A stretch of 64,000 bases of DNA from Eledone cirrhosa (lineage: Eukaryota): NCBI GenBank assembly GCA_964016885.1, contig OZ024751.1:37200001-37264000 (forward strand), written 5' to 3'. Below, piece after piece: positions 41,545 to 56,355 of this stretch. Below the pieces are notes generated by a model. That model saw only the letters and a list, made by a program, of their open reading frames with translations. It was not told the origin of the DNA and made no database searches. Made by a program: the position numbers and the translations under genes. Position 1 is the stretch's first letter, and every line of letters begins with the position of its first letter.

Positions 41545-43947
41545 CGAGACATGTATATATATATATATATACATAATTGCGCACATACATACATTTTATA
41601 CACATACACACACATCGCCCCTCCCGTCCCTTCAATCTTTGTAATTTCTCATTCTTTCTTCTGATGAAGGACTAAGGTAGTTAGACATATATGTATTTCT
41701 GTACAAAATTCTTTCTTGCCTAAATTTTGAAACGTGAAAGCTTAATAGTATGAGATGTCTATGATTTTTCTACACTGACCTTAATTACTGAAACTACCAA
41801 AGATTGGCTTCAGTCGTGAATATAATTTTGCCGGAGAAATTCACTTGTCATCAACGTACATCTCGCCCCAAGCAACTCACCATAAGCCACATACCAGGTT
41901 TCTTAGCTTTTTTTTTTTTTTTTTTTTCATTATTTAATGTTTTTTCACTTTAGCAATATAATCTTTCATAAAAAGTAATAAATAAATAAATTAGATTAAA
42001 AAAAAAATGAACGAAGAAATAAGATGAAATTCTACAGGATTTTGCCTGTAAGCTAGTTGTCATTCAGAAGCGTGATGAAAGAACTATTCAATAAGAATGG
42101 TGCCTAAAATGTACAGTTGATCAAGAATAAGATGGCAGTTATGACTCGATAGACAGTGTGAGCGTAAACTAACGTGTTAACGATTCATAACCTATTAGTA
42201 GTGAGCGTGGGCAGAGGAACTTTAACGGTTATCAACTCAATTCATTTAAGTTTATTTGGCGGTGTGTTAGCAGAGTCGTTAGAACGTTGGATTTGTTCCG
42301 GCTCTCTGCTCTCTCTCTGTTCAAATGTCGCCAGCGTCAGCTTTGCTTTTCATCCTTTCGAGTTCGATATATAAAATTCTAGTCCAGTATTGAGATCGAT
42401 TCTTCTTCTAGATCTCTTTCTCACTTCCTCTCAATGTTCTCTGGAATAAATCGGTTGTAATCAGACCTGTTGAGGGGATGGGCTCCACCAGGTTTAAGAT
42501 TACAATTACATACTTGTATGTCAGGACGACACATACGATTCCCATACGATTCACCCTGTCTTTAAAACTAGATAAAGAAAGGAGTTCGCCAGACTTACAA
42601 AATTAACAAGACACACCATATGTCGCGGTGGAGTCGTTACGCCTCCACCCGGAGTTATATGCCCATACATACACAAGATAATACTGCCGTTTCCTCACCG
42701 TGTTCGTTTATTGATATTCGCTGTGTTGAATACGTTAACAGCAATACAACCAGTGTTTCTTTATGAGCTTAAATAAACTGTTGAAATACGCAACACATGA
42801 ATTATGATCTTCGACAGTTTCAATGAACCGAAATTCATTAATTGTTGATGATGGCTTTGTTGTTTCAATTATAGAAATCTGGTATCAAATTCTCTGATCA
42901 TGTATAAAGTATTCCCAGTTGTTTTAACGTATTTGGAATGATATTACTTAATTGTATATCGAGAAACAAAGATTCATAGAACTCTGTTGATTTCTATTGC
43001 GATGAAATAGCTGATACATTGCAAATTATCGTTGGTAGTTTTTGGTGTAGAGGTTGAATTTGTTATTCACGTCATATGTCATATTCCCAACAAAACTGAC
43101 CTCTGGCATGTAGGGACATGACTTAAGAACTAACTGCTCCCCACAGACCCTTTGCTCCAAATATAGTATCGGTTAAGGAATGTGGTTTCCCATCTATATA
43201 AAGAAACACAATATTTCACACCCAAGCTTAAAACAAGGTCTAAAGGATTAATAACGGACTTTTGGGAGAAGAAAAAACCTTACACCTATGATATACTCTC
43301 ATTGAGAATGCCTTTAAGACATGACTTGATAAATTCTCTTGTACTCTTTCTAATGCTGATGCTGTGAAAAATGCACTCAGTACATTCTGTAAAGTGGTTG
43401 TTTAAAGGAAGATCATGATACATTATTATATGCACCCAGGAGAATGAAAGATAAAGTTTCCCATGACAGGATTTGATATTCAAAATGATAAAGTAAGGAA
43501 TCCGACACTGGTTTCTGAATGATACTTGACGACGTTAAAAAAATAAAATAAGGAAGAAATTGAAACAAGATTTAGAGAGGTAAACCATTGATTGCTTATC
43601 ACTAATCTATGGTTCTAACCCTCTTTCATCATACTATAATTAATTATAGTTACCAGAAACAATGATATAGAAAATAAAATAGGAAAATGAAGAAAACATA
43701 TCAGCAACATTACAGCAGCCATATTATGTGTTGTTTCTTTTTTTATCATGATAGATCGCTTAATCAATTTGCAAGTTTTAAATAACGAACAGGTTAAAAA
43801 CTCATACATTTCAAACTAAAAAAAAATAATAATAATAAAAAAAAACAAAACAGTTTGACAGAATTGAAAATTGACGAAAAAATAAATATAAGTGAATAGA
43901 ATGTATCACACACACACACACCAGTGAATATGTATATATACGTTTGG

Positions 43948-44036
<89 letters not shown>

Positions 44037-44056
44037 TGTTTGTGGGTGTGAGTGCA

Positions 44057-44103
<47 letters not shown>

Positions 44104-44639
44104 GTGTTATATACATTCATACATATATACATACATCTATCTGTGTGTTTGTGTCGTTGATGAGAGGCCGAAGATTTTATGATTGATTGCGTAAACAATG
44201 ATTAGAAGAAAATGAATCTGAACACTTGATGAATTGTGAGGTAAAGCAGCTAAATTAGTATACATAAAGAATTAAATATTTCATTTAAGTATTTCAATCA
44301 TGACTACTTATGTATACACCAAAGCCCTACACACGCACATACTGATAAGGCTGTATAGTTAAGATGTTCGCTTCGAAACAATTTAGATTTTAGTTCAGTT
44401 CTCATTCATACTACGTCTCATCTAAAGCAACAGGGTGGTGGATTGAAATTGTAAGATTCGTTAGAGCATCGGAGAAATGTTTCAGCTAGGCAAGTGTTAT
44501 CTTCTATAGCCTTGGTTTGTGCAATGCTTTGTAAGGAAGTAAGAATAAACTAGACGTTTAGATTTCTAAACTTTTGGAGTCATTATGGGGTCAAATTTCA
44601 TGATTTGCTTTTTTTTATCTTGGATCAACATTTCCACAC

Positions 44640-44819
44640 TTGGCAGTATCGGTAGAGGGTCGGACGCCATGCTTCGCATAGAGTTACGGCAGTTTCCATT
44701 CTGAGTTCAAATCCCGCTGAGGTTAACTTTGCCATTCATCCTTACGGGGTCGATAAAATAAAGTACCAGTAATGCACTGGGTGATTACTGGCCTTGTGCC
44801 AAAAGTAGAAACAATTATT
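44640..44819 (+). mobile_element. Young family-A SINE
   Basis: TTGGCAGTATCGGTAGAGGGTCGGACGCCATGC...GAGTTCAAATCCCG...GTAGAAACAATTATT. Confidence 0.9.
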
Positions 44820-44899
44820 TGTAAATATATACCATCAATCCTCTTTCACTAATCTATATCCCTGGTCTTCGATTACTTCTCCTATCCAGGTGTCCTCCG

Positions 44900-45400
44900 T
44901 TCTTCTCACATTTTCTCACACCGTTGGCTAGGAGTTACTAGGCTTTCCTCGCTTCTCCTTTCGTTTAGGGTTCCTCAAAATAGATTCCATGGTGACGTTT
45001 TGTTAGGAAAGTCTGAGAGTGTGATCTAACCCATCTTTACTTTCGATTAAAATATGTCTCAATGATTCTTCCGGATTTGCTCAAAAGGATATGGGTTTCC
45101 ATTAAATTACTTGTTGACGTTTTGCTGGGGTCCTCCGTGGATGTGTAAAATCCAGAGCTCCCTTCCTCGCTTGAAATGGTTGTATATGTGATAATACTGT
45201 GTTTGATTCATAAGGTCTAGAAGCTTCATTGGTAAGACAGCTTAGTGATGTTATATTGTGCTTCCTCTGGGGGTGTAACCAATCCAATGCCAGTTTCCTC
45301 GCATGGAAGCTATTTTAACTGATTTCTGTTGAGCTCTCAGATAAATATATGAATGCTGCATATCCCAAAACACCACTCCGCCCCTTCTTGTTTATGCGGA
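44900..45400 (-). mobile_element. Highly decayed RTE-clade LINE fragment
   Basis: Minus-strand translation gives LDHTLRL*...ILRNPKRKEKRGKP, resembling the RTE GHTLR...NPQGKRKRGRP region; stop codons present. Confidence 0.45.
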
Positions 45401-46995
45401 ATATGAAGATTAGCAGCAATAATATTTAAAATGCGGTCTAAGTGTGGTAACTGCCAGGCAAGCAAGTAAAAACGTACATTCTTCTATATCTGGAGTTCAA
45501 ATTATATTACATGGTTTACATAGAATAAAAATACCAGGCATATGTTGGAGTGGATTCAATCAATTTTAAAAACCGATTCTTACAACACATTTTGCTTTTG
45601 TGCTTAGTCAAAATTAATCAATATTTGTTTTATTGTTTCCAAAATAATTTTTATCGACGAAACTAATCAAGTTTTTGAAAATATCTGAAAAGTTTTCAGA
45701 GAATTCTCTCTATTTTTTTTTGTTCTCTTATTCTTCATCTTTATCATTCTTTCTCACCTTCTTTTTCACTATCGTTTTCTATCTTCTGTGCTTAATTTTA
45801 TTATTTTAAACTTTTCTTACGTTTTTCATTGCGCTATTTCTCACTTCATTTTCATTCCATTTTCTTCTCAACATTATTCGCTATATTTCTCTATTTCTTT
45901 CTTTACGTTCGCCTCTCACCTTATTCCTTTCAGTAATACTAATGTTGCTTCAGCCTGCCTGCCTCACTGTTATTTCTATTTATTTATTGATAATAACAAT
46001 TTTATCATTATTATTGTTATTATCATTATTATTATTATTATCTTCTATTCTTTATGACTTTATGACTTCCGAAGAAGTAAAACATTATTGACTAAAGTGT
46101 ATTTCTAGAAATAAAAATTTGCATTACACAAATCAATATTTGGAAATAAATTAATAAGAAACATATTCAAGAAAAATTAAACAAACAACAACAAAAAAAT
46201 ATATACTCAAAAATCCTAGAAGCTTTTAATATTCATTAATGAAAAAGTATACTTCAACTTTTCTCCTCTTATTCCATCTTTATTTTTTTCTTTATATACA
46301 CCCTTCTTCGAATCTTTCCCTTTTCCTATTTTACATCACGCAATTTCTTCCTTTTTCTCTAATATTTTGATCAAATTCAGTAGAAGTTTTTACGGGAAAT
46401 TTACACAGAAAATATTTAGAAATATTTATGCAAAGTTTGTTGTTGCATTTTGCTTTTTATAGAAAATTCCTTAAGGGGTGAGATAAATACAAGTGATGAA
46501 AAATAAAATAGAATGAAATGGAATTAAAATTAAGGTGCCACTTAGAATGTTGGGTTGGACAATTAGCTATTGGCATTTAAAAAAACAAAACAAAACAAAA
46601 AACAAACCCCCCCCCCCACAAAACCCCAGAATTAATTATGGGTGAAATGAATTGCCTTAAAGGATGAATACCTGAAGACGTTTCACTCAAATTGGGACAC
46701 ACTTCATAAGAATATACAACCAAATATATAGACGAACAAATATGTAGATTCTCTTGTCCCTGGTTAATTTTATATATAGTAATTAAGTGTGTAAGAGTCT
46801 ACAAAATATTGAATATATCTGTATATAATTTTCATTTTTTTCTAGTCCCATATGTACTGATTAGTTACAACCGTACATACATTAATAGGAAAGCATCATA
46901 GCTATCTATATATCTGTCAATGCTTCATTCAATTGATTTATCTACACACACACAGACACACGCACACGCAGCACAAAAACACAAACACACATACA

Positions 46996-47053
46996 ACTTC
47001 TACAGGACTAGAACTGCTTCATTTGAAAAAAACAGTTCTAGTCCTGTAGAAGT
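46996..47053. repeat. 21-bp perfect inverted repeat, same family as the core of 31243-31417
   Basis: ACTTCTACAGGACTAGAACTG (46996-47016) / CAGTTCTAGTCCTGTAGAAGT (47033-47053). Confidence 0.9.
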
Positions 47054-47217
47054 CATATCCTCTACTAAAGTATTCAGTACTTTATTTAAATGTATTTTTT
47101 CTCAATTCCCTTCAGAATACTATCCTTTATTATCAACGGGCATCTCACATAAATAATAGCTTAGAAAATCGGGTAAAATTCCCTAAAGAAGGACAAAATA
47201 GGTAGCTAGCAATAATT

Positions 47218-47319
47218 GTTTCTACTTTAGGCACAAGGCCAGCAATTACCCAGTGCATTACTGGTACTTTATTTTATCGACCCCGTAAGGATGAAAGGCA
47301 AAGTCAACCTCGGCGGGAT
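47218..47319 (-). mobile_element. 5'-truncated young family-A SINE with 12-bp target-site duplication
   Basis: CTAGCAATAATT at 47206-47217 and 47320-47331 flanks the reverse-complement SINE body. Confidence 0.9.
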
Positions 47320-49141
47320 CTAGCAATAATTCAAATAAAACATTGCAATACACGTTCATTCATCTGTTCTGCTCCTTTAAAAGGGGGGAAAGTAGTGACC
47401 CACTGGTTTCGGTGACACGATGGTAATAACCTTACCATCTGTCATTGAACAAGTGTGGCTAGTGAAGAGAGATACGTAACCATATAGCCATGCATATGTT
47501 ATTAACCGTAATGCTGACTTTCAATCAAGCTAGTCTATTCACTCTTTCATACACAGAAGCTCTCCGAAAATGAAATTGAATACGACTTAATCAACTATAA
47601 TTGTATACACACACACGCAAATACACACACACACACATGTAAGCAAGTGTGAAAGATTCTAATTCTGTTTTCAAATTGTATGTATGTATGTGTGTGTGTA
47701 TGTATATATATATATATTCTAATCTTCTATGACATGTAATCAGTTTGAATAGCAAACATAGACTTTCTCTAATGTAAAGATACAGATCTGATGTACCTAG
47801 ACCTCAAGAAAAACTATATACCCTTACATATGCTAGGTATACAGTAACCTATAATCATTTCAAAATGAATTCTAAATCCCACACAAAGTACCCGGAGATG
47901 AAATATTTATAAAGGCATATCTATAATTTAATGTTTAAGGATAACGTTCAAGCTTAGCTTGTAATGTAATGATCTGAAATATATCTGAAGACAGCAGCGA
48001 GACAAATAAGGATTTTCTATGTAATCGTTATGCGTTATTGAAATAGCAAGCATATCTATATCGAATCACACCGTCATTTTAACCTATCTTCTCTAAACTA
48101 GGCAAAACCATATCTGCTTCTATGAAATAAAGCCAACAATGTTAAAGGAATCCTATGTAACGCAGATTTCTTCCGGAGAAGAATAGAAAGAGACATAGAG
48201 ACATACGTGTGTCTTAAACTTAGTAGTAGCTATCACTCTCTGGGCCAGAACACAGTCGGTTTCTCTCAAAGGAGGAAAGACAGTGATAGAGAGGAAGAAT
48301 ACACCCCACGACTGGACTGGTTTATTCTAATATCGAAGAGAGACATAGTTGGATTCGGTGCGATTTGAACTCAGAACACAGGGAGCCAGTACTATGAGTA
48401 CAACATAATTCTATACAAGCTTTTGCCACTTCACCGCCTACCACCAAAATGCCTACCTATTTATTAACAATCTATACCCTGCACTCTCACACCTCTTTCA
48501 AACATCAAACTATTTATCTTAATTCTAAAATACACCAGCGCCAAAGTGATCGTCAAACTTAATTCTTACACCTATCAATTACCGACATCCCACCTACCAC
48601 CATATTACCTTTTATACTTCACATGATACCTGCCCCATATTCTTCAATATGTTAAGTCTGCCAAACCTCCATTGTCAGACAGACGAGCTAATGTTTTGAA
48701 TTCTTTATACGCTCCCTTCTGTCTTACTGCTCTTTCAAGGCTCCGATTTCCGTGTCGGTACATCTATAAATTTCCACTACCCTGGAATGTAAAGGGTACA
48801 CAGCAGGCTTCACATATATTCTGAGGAGTTGACACTTTAATAATATATAGGGAGGTCACCGGTCATGATAATATAAACAGCGGGAAGACAAGAAAAGTGC
48901 ATAGTAACATACGTACCTCCCTGTATATAACCAAACATTTACATACATATACATCCGTGTATATAACCACACAGTAACATACGTATAAATCCACGTATAT
49001 CACCATAGTTATGTACATATACATCCCTTTATAGCACCACACAATTATACACATATACATGCCTGTATTTCACCACACACTCATGTAAGTTTATTTCTTT
49101 GTGGATGCATTTACGTTTGAAAGCACTTATTTATGCGTTTC

Positions 49142-49175
<34 letters not shown>

Positions 49176-49267
49176 ATTTATATATATATACAACTATATA
49201 TATATATGAGAGTATTTAATGCACGTATCTATTAAGCATAGTAATCAGCATTCATATATAATGAAAT

Positions 49268-49382
<115 letters not shown>

Positions 49383-49562
49383 AGAGTGAATTATATGGAC
49401 AGGCTTTTTAACAAAGTTTTGCCCAGACATAGCTGATCTTTTGTTACTACCATCCAACAATGAATATAAATATATGGCCCCATGAATCTTAATATAGAGT
49501 CCCGAGGTTTTACATGCATAAATGCATATACATTAATATGAAGGGACATCAAATATATGAGT

Positions 49563-49598
<36 letters not shown>

Positions 49599-49936
49599 AC
49601 TATATATATATATATATACATACATATACAGACATCAAATATATGAGTGTACATAACCATCATGCAAATATTTTCTGTGATACCTGAATTAAATTAATTT
49701 CAGATTGGAAAGCAAAGGAGAATAAAAATTAGTTGTGTGAAACAAACTGTCCGTCCATCTAGTGGAACATACATCACTTCAGAAAGTCTGGTGACATGAA
49801 AACAATTTAGGACAGTGCTTCAAATGTGCAGATATTTGTATATTGTCTGAAATATTTTCTATGTCGAAGCCATTCTATTAAACTAAAGGCCGATGATGGG
49901 TATATATATATATTATATATATATATATATATATTT

Positions 49937-50180
49937 ATGTAATCTGAGTTTTTCGAATATTAATAATAACATTCAATTCGTTTGCAATTATGGAGCAAGC
50001 CTCAATTTTATAGCCATGTCAGAAGAATGAACCCTTCATTCTGCTCTTATGTTGGCATGTCAACATAAGAGCAGGAATGACGTGTTCATTCTACTGACAT
50101 GGCTATAAAATTGAGGCTTGCTTCAATAATTGCAAACGAATCGAATGTTATTATTAATATTCGAAAAACTCAAGTTACAT
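49937..50180. repeat. About 244-bp spacerless imperfect palindrome centred on CATG (50056-50059), abutting a (TA)n tract
   Basis: GAGTTTTTCGAATATTAATAATAACATTC...GCAAGCCTCAATTTTATAGCCATGTCAG...CTGCTCTTATGTTG mirrors CAACATAAGAGCAG...CTGACATGGCTATAAAATTGAGGCTTGC...GAATGTTATTATTAATATTCGAAAAACTC. Confidence 0.95.
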
Positions 50181-51299
50181 TTTTTGTATTCAACCATGTA
50201 GAGCGACATTTTCTTGTTTTCTTTGTACTCCGCTAATGCATTTATATGTATCTATATTATTGTTCAGTTAAATAGGAGGGTAATTATATGTGCAAACATT
50301 GATAATGCTCCGATGATTCCAAACGAGAGTTTTGAAGAAACGATTGTCAGCTATTAAATGATTTGAACACAACTTTGATAATTGTATAATTTATTTATTT
50401 ATTTATTTAACTGGTCTGTAAAACAACTGATGTTCATACATTGCTCTATTTCTCTTACTGGTAATAAGGTAATTAAGAAATTACTGACCTTCCTGTTTAT
50501 AGTTGTTTATACTATATACATAACTATAAATAGTATTATTATTATATATATATATATCAACGTTTATAGAAGAGGGAAAATTGAGGTAGTGGTATTCATT
50601 TCAATTTTAAAGGCATTAATGACACCAAAGAATTACTGATATCTGAACGAAAAATCGAAACTGTATCTAACATTTCACTTTGTGAATTATTACTTCTAAT
50701 TTACGACACCTGAGACAAGATTTAAATAACAATAGTAAATAATACAGATAACATCTTCAGAACAGAATCCGGTTATTTCCCCTTGGAAATTTCAGTAAAG
50801 TGAAATATATTTCACTTACACAAATTCTTGAAGTAATATTTTGTGAATATTTTCTGTGGAGATTTAGTGGTTCTTTGTTAGAAAAAGTACTGGACTATTA
50901 CGTCTATTATGTTGCCATTATAGGAAATATTTAAGCAGATGCTTCCTGTCCATCTTCATTCATATGCAATATATCCTGCAGGATAGCTTTCATAATATAA
51001 TTAGCTGAAGGAAATAAATAAAAGAAGCGAGCCAATGTGACATAACCTTCCTATTCCACATTCTTTGATTAATTCTGCTTACATCTCCAATATGGCCAAC
51101 GGAAATGTGAACTTGATTGTAGGAGTAATACTGACATTATGAAGGAGGAGGATACAATAAAAAAAAATCAGGTATGCTCACAATGATGGGCTGTCGACGA
51201 CTTCATTGGCTTTCTGGTCGAGATGTACAACTATCGTAGCGAAAATGGTAGCTACAGGCGATGCATGAAATCTACTTCAGTAATAGTACTCCGCTAATG

Positions 51300-51302
<3 letters not shown>

Positions 51303-51398
<96 letters not shown>

Positions 51399-51420
51399 TC
51401 TCTCTCTCTCTCACTCTCTC
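51303..51420. repeat. (CT)n microsatellite
   Basis: Directly visible. Confidence 0.98.
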
Positions 51421-52049
51421 ACTCACTCACTCACTATACATTCCATATCAAACATGCGTATCGGTGTCATTTGCACATTATCTGGTCTGGACTAGGTGTT
51501 AACACCTCTTACATATTTCTAAACATATCGCCTATATAAAAGTCTGCAGGCAATGTCAACCTTGATTTGAATGTGAGCATTGATACGCTGGCTCTTATCT
51601 TTCAACATGAGATTTCTCAACAAACAGAAAATAGAAATAAATAGAAAAGAAGAATACAAGGAATCGAAGGATAAATCGTTAAAAATGCTGTATGTATTGA
51701 TGAAATGCTGGTCACTTTACGGATCATTCACAACCTACAGTGTTGATTTGTTTAAAACAAATGAGTTATATGAATATCGAAATTAGCTTGTAGCATAGAA
51801 AAAAAACTTTAAGCAATTATAGATTTATGTAGGACTGTCGAAACATATTCAACTGGGTCACCAAAAAGTTGTAAAGATATAGGGAGTTATTCTCAAAATC
51901 TATTCTGGCTTCTCTGTGTCTCATCGTTTTAGTTCTGTAGAATTTATGCCATCTTGACTTTCTTTTACTAGGCTAATCTAAAAATGGATTAGTTAGGTAC
52001 TTAACTAGTAATAAGCCCTAAGAGAAACACCAAACCAGCATGTTGCATA

Positions 52050-52249
52050 NNNNNNNNNNNNNNNNNNNNNNNNNNNNNNNNNNNNNNNNNNNNNNNNNNN
52101 NNNNNNNNNNNNNNNNNNNNNNNNNNNNNNNNNNNNNNNNNNNNNNNNNNNNNNNNNNNNNNNNNNNNNNNNNNNNNNNNNNNNNNNNNNNNNNNNNNNN
52201 NNNNNNNNNNNNNNNNNNNNNNNNNNNNNNNNNNNNNNNNNNNNNNNNN
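52050..52249. other. Assembly gap (200 N)
   Basis: Run of n characters. Confidence 0.99.
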
Positions 52250-52804
52250 AGTAATGGTATCCCTTAATGGTATCTATAGTTATTCATAGGTCAGCAATAC
52301 GGGGACTGATAGTCGAGTAAAACGCCCCTAATTCTTGACTGGTACTTTATCTTATCCACACTGGAAAAGTAACGATAAAACACGACCTCGATAGGTTATA
52401 ACTAAATAAGACGACGCATTTTGTACTTTGCTCTAACGATTCTGCCCCAAACCCACCTTTTGTAAAGCGACTGATTATATCATATATGTCTTCGGATCTC
52501 TATAGATCTATATAGTTTAAATTCATTGGAGTCCTTTAATCAGAGAACTAATCGGTCGGTAAAGGGTTAGAGAATTGAAATTGTGATATGGCTTCCACAG
52601 AATTCATGACCTGCTTATATTTTATTAATTTATATATATTTATCTGCTTCAGTTTGGCGGAAATTGTATAGCTATACAAATATAAATATTTAAAGTCATC
52701 GTGGCAACTTATCCGCCTCTAAGCCAGTAAAGTGTGCATCAACCAATCTAATGTTTCTGCGTACTTGTGCACATGTTTTGCGAAGATTTTCAGACTGACA
52801 GTCG

Positions 52805-52807
<3 letters not shown>

Positions 52808-52886
<79 letters not shown>
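52808..52886. repeat. (GA)n microsatellite
   Basis: Directly visible. Confidence 0.98.
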
Positions 52887-52888
<2 letters not shown>

Positions 52889-53346
52889 CGGTGACAGGCA
52901 GAGAAGACATGCGCATGAGCGATGATAAATGAAAAGCAAAACGAAAGACATAAGCATTTTATGTAATTTAGTGTTTAGAGAGAGAGAGTGTGTGTGTGTG
53001 TGAGAGAGAGAGAGAAATATAGAGAGGGAACGAGAGAGAGTGAGAGGTAGAGAGAGAGAGAGACTGAAAGACGGAGGGATAAAGAGTGAGAAACCGTTTG
53101 ATGTTTTAACTTAGAAGTGTTTTTTCCTGCATTGATCAAAATTTAATTTTCCTGTGTTTAATTTCTGTTTTGTTTTGAAATTTGTTTTTAGAAATTACAT
53201 TCGTTTTGAAATGTATGGACATTTCGTGGCGATGGAATCAAAGAGCTAATTAATATCATCCAAGGATTGACAATATATGCACATATACAGACATAGGTGT
53301 ATGTGTCCATATATATATATATATACACAGACATAGGTGTATGTGT

Positions 53347-53409
<63 letters not shown>

Positions 53410-53438
53410 TATGCACACACATATATATATCAATGAAA

Positions 53439-53501
<63 letters not shown>

Positions 53502-53884
53502 TTGTGGGTGTGTGAGTATTATATATATGATCATACAGACACTCACAGAGCCATTCATATAAGCAGATTATAATATTCTTTAGTAATTTAAAATTTTTAC
53601 AATTTTTATCTCTGCATGATGGAATTAACCCATGAAGAACATCAAGAAGACTGATGTATGCATTTTATACTCGTTAGTAAAAGGAATGTTGGACGGTTTT
53701 AATTAATACTAAATTCAAGTTTATTTTTGGTGGGCATTTACAAACTATTGTTCATTTAATTATACCTCATACTATAGATATCTTTCGGCTAGGATGACTA
53801 ATAGGATTCAACAAATTACAGGTAGACATCATCATCAGCAACATACACATATATATATATATATACACATATAACTGTCAGCAG

Positions 53885-54375
53885 CTCAGTCTCGAAAGAC
53901 GATGTTTAATGCGCTTAGATTTATGGCTAGTCTTTGACACCGTCTGTTGTGACTGTGCAGACCGATGCGTGTGTGACAGTCTTTGTTGTACTTGGTGTAG
54001 ATACTTTTAGAATCTTCTGTTGTTGGTATGTCTGTGATGCGGGTTTTAGGTCCCTCTTCTCTGCTGCAAGTTGACCTCTTTTCGTGTCTGCATCTGCAAT
54101 GCCCTTGCGAACAGTCTGACGCCAGGCTTCGCTGTCTCTATCCTGTCTCTTCCTGGATTTCAAGTCTCTCTTGCATACGCCCCTGAAACGGAACGATGGG
54201 CAACCCAGTCGTCTGGTGCCCGTGGTCAACTCTCCGTACAGGATGTCTTTTGGCAACCACCTATTATCCATACGCCGAATATGTCCGAGCCAACGAAGAC
54301 GGCGCTGGCTCATCAGGAATTACATGCTGGGAATCCTGGCACGTTGTAGGATGTCATTGTATAGGATATGGTCCT
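53885..54375 (-). mobile_element. 5'-truncated RTE-clade (BovB-like) LINE 3' end, pseudogenised
   Basis: QRRLRWLGHIRRMDNRWLPKDILYGELTTGTRRLG-P--RF--VCKRDLK is the typical RTE post-RT region; a frameshifted RIGLHSHNRRC and a 3'UTR ATCGTCTTTCGAGAC follow. Confidence 0.88.
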
Positions 54376-56355
54376 GCCAGCTGACTGAGCCTTCTCAGTG
54401 AGATTATGGAGTAGAAAACTATTAGGGAATCCGCCAAAGGGATGGGCCATGTAAGTCATGTGAGAATTAAGTTAAAGGTACATATTTCTGTGGAATCCTC
54501 GATAAGGGAGACCACTTGATTTACATGACCCATTCTTGATTTGGCTCGAGGATACGGTAAATAAGACTTGCTGAATATGGTATTTAGAATGTTTGAACCT
54601 GGGACCTAATGGATGTGAAGCAAACTGTTTCATTCAACCCAGATTCGTACACGACGACATACATACAAAGTGAAAGTCATATATACAAGCATAAACACAC
54701 ATGATGCAATATATACTGCAACATTGCAAATGTGAGACTGTATAGAAAGGTAACTTTATAATATTGCAAATATCTTAGGAACATTCAGTTACTCCTGTAG
54801 AGCAGTATTATCTCACAAAAAAACAAAACAAAAAACAAACAAACAACAACAACAACAAGAAAACTATTGAAATCACGATTATGACGATGATCATGATAAA
54901 TCCTCAAAAATAGAAATAATAATACAAGAACAATTATATAAAATAGAGTTACTCGTAATATCCTGGGTATTTATTGCATTTAAAAATTACGCTGATGATA
55001 ATTTGATGATTGGAAAGACAAATGGTAGCAATCGGTAGCTTTTTATGAAAGACTTTCTTGCAATTTTACGACCCCCACCCTCACAAAAATAACTGTAAAA
55101 GTCTAATAAAATAAATGCAAAATACAAAAGCGTAACAAAACACGTTAAAGAATGTTTTTCAAGCAACATTTCAGCAGAGGAAATCAAAGTCTGCCACACG
55201 CTGTAATTGGTCTATTTACTCAAATGTATTCCACACTTTAAGTCTTCTTATGTACTTTTTTTAAACTATCCTTTCTATCACGCGCCTGTATGTGTTTGTT
55301 TGGGTAATTTTTCTCTTTCTTTCTTTCAATATAACAAAAAAGTACCTTAGTTTAATGAGTGCCTATCCTATGTTGAATGACAGTCCTCCTATAGAAACAA
55401 TGTGTCACCATTGAGTTATTCACCATCCTGTGCTGCCATTTTTATCTATTTTTATATAATATTTATTTTTATTTGTGTTTAGTTTTTACTTTTACAACAG
55501 TGTTTTCATTTGCGAAGATGTTTTTATAAAAGAATGATTAGAAGCAGTATAATTGCACTTGAAATTTGTCAAAGATGTTTGAAATAAAAAAAAAATGTTC
55601 AATTGAAAAGTGTGCTAAAAATAATAAAAATAATATTCAAAATGAACGAAATATCATATCACATTTTTTAGCTTGAAATAATATTTGAAAACTAACAGAA
55701 GATATTGTGTCACTTGCTGCAAACAAATGCCAATTAAAATGGAGGAAAAAATCAAGGTAAAAAAAGTAAAGAAAACAAAAGAAAAAGAATTTCCATTGAC
55801 ATAAAGATGTCCAGAGAAATAGTGAAGTGAAATAAAACATAGAGTGACGAACGCACGTAAATAAATACGAGCTGAAACACGCGGGAGTTACAATAAGAAG
55901 AAAAATACATTTCAATACCAATTATAAAAATAAAATTATCCTAAGGTATATGATGATGATGATGAATTCCGTGTAGAAAAATACATTTTCTTTTGCGTTT
56001 CAAAAACAAAACAAACAGAAAGCAGCTAGACAGAAATATGGATTGCATGTAAAAGAATATTGAAAGGAGTGTAGAGTTTATTTTCGATTTTGCATCTTGA
56101 TATATTCAGTGAGATATAAAGTATCACTGATGCAATGATGTACGGGATGAATGTCACAACACAACATTTATATTAAACATTGATAATGATAATTCGATTT
56201 ACACTTGTGAAGAGGTCATACTATAGAAATGTTTCAGAACCAACTTTAAACACATAAAGACACATATCTAAACCCAGGCTAAAAGAAACAGTCATACACA
56301 GACACAAAACGCAAATACAGAAGCACACTCACAGATATACCATAAAAAGCATGTA

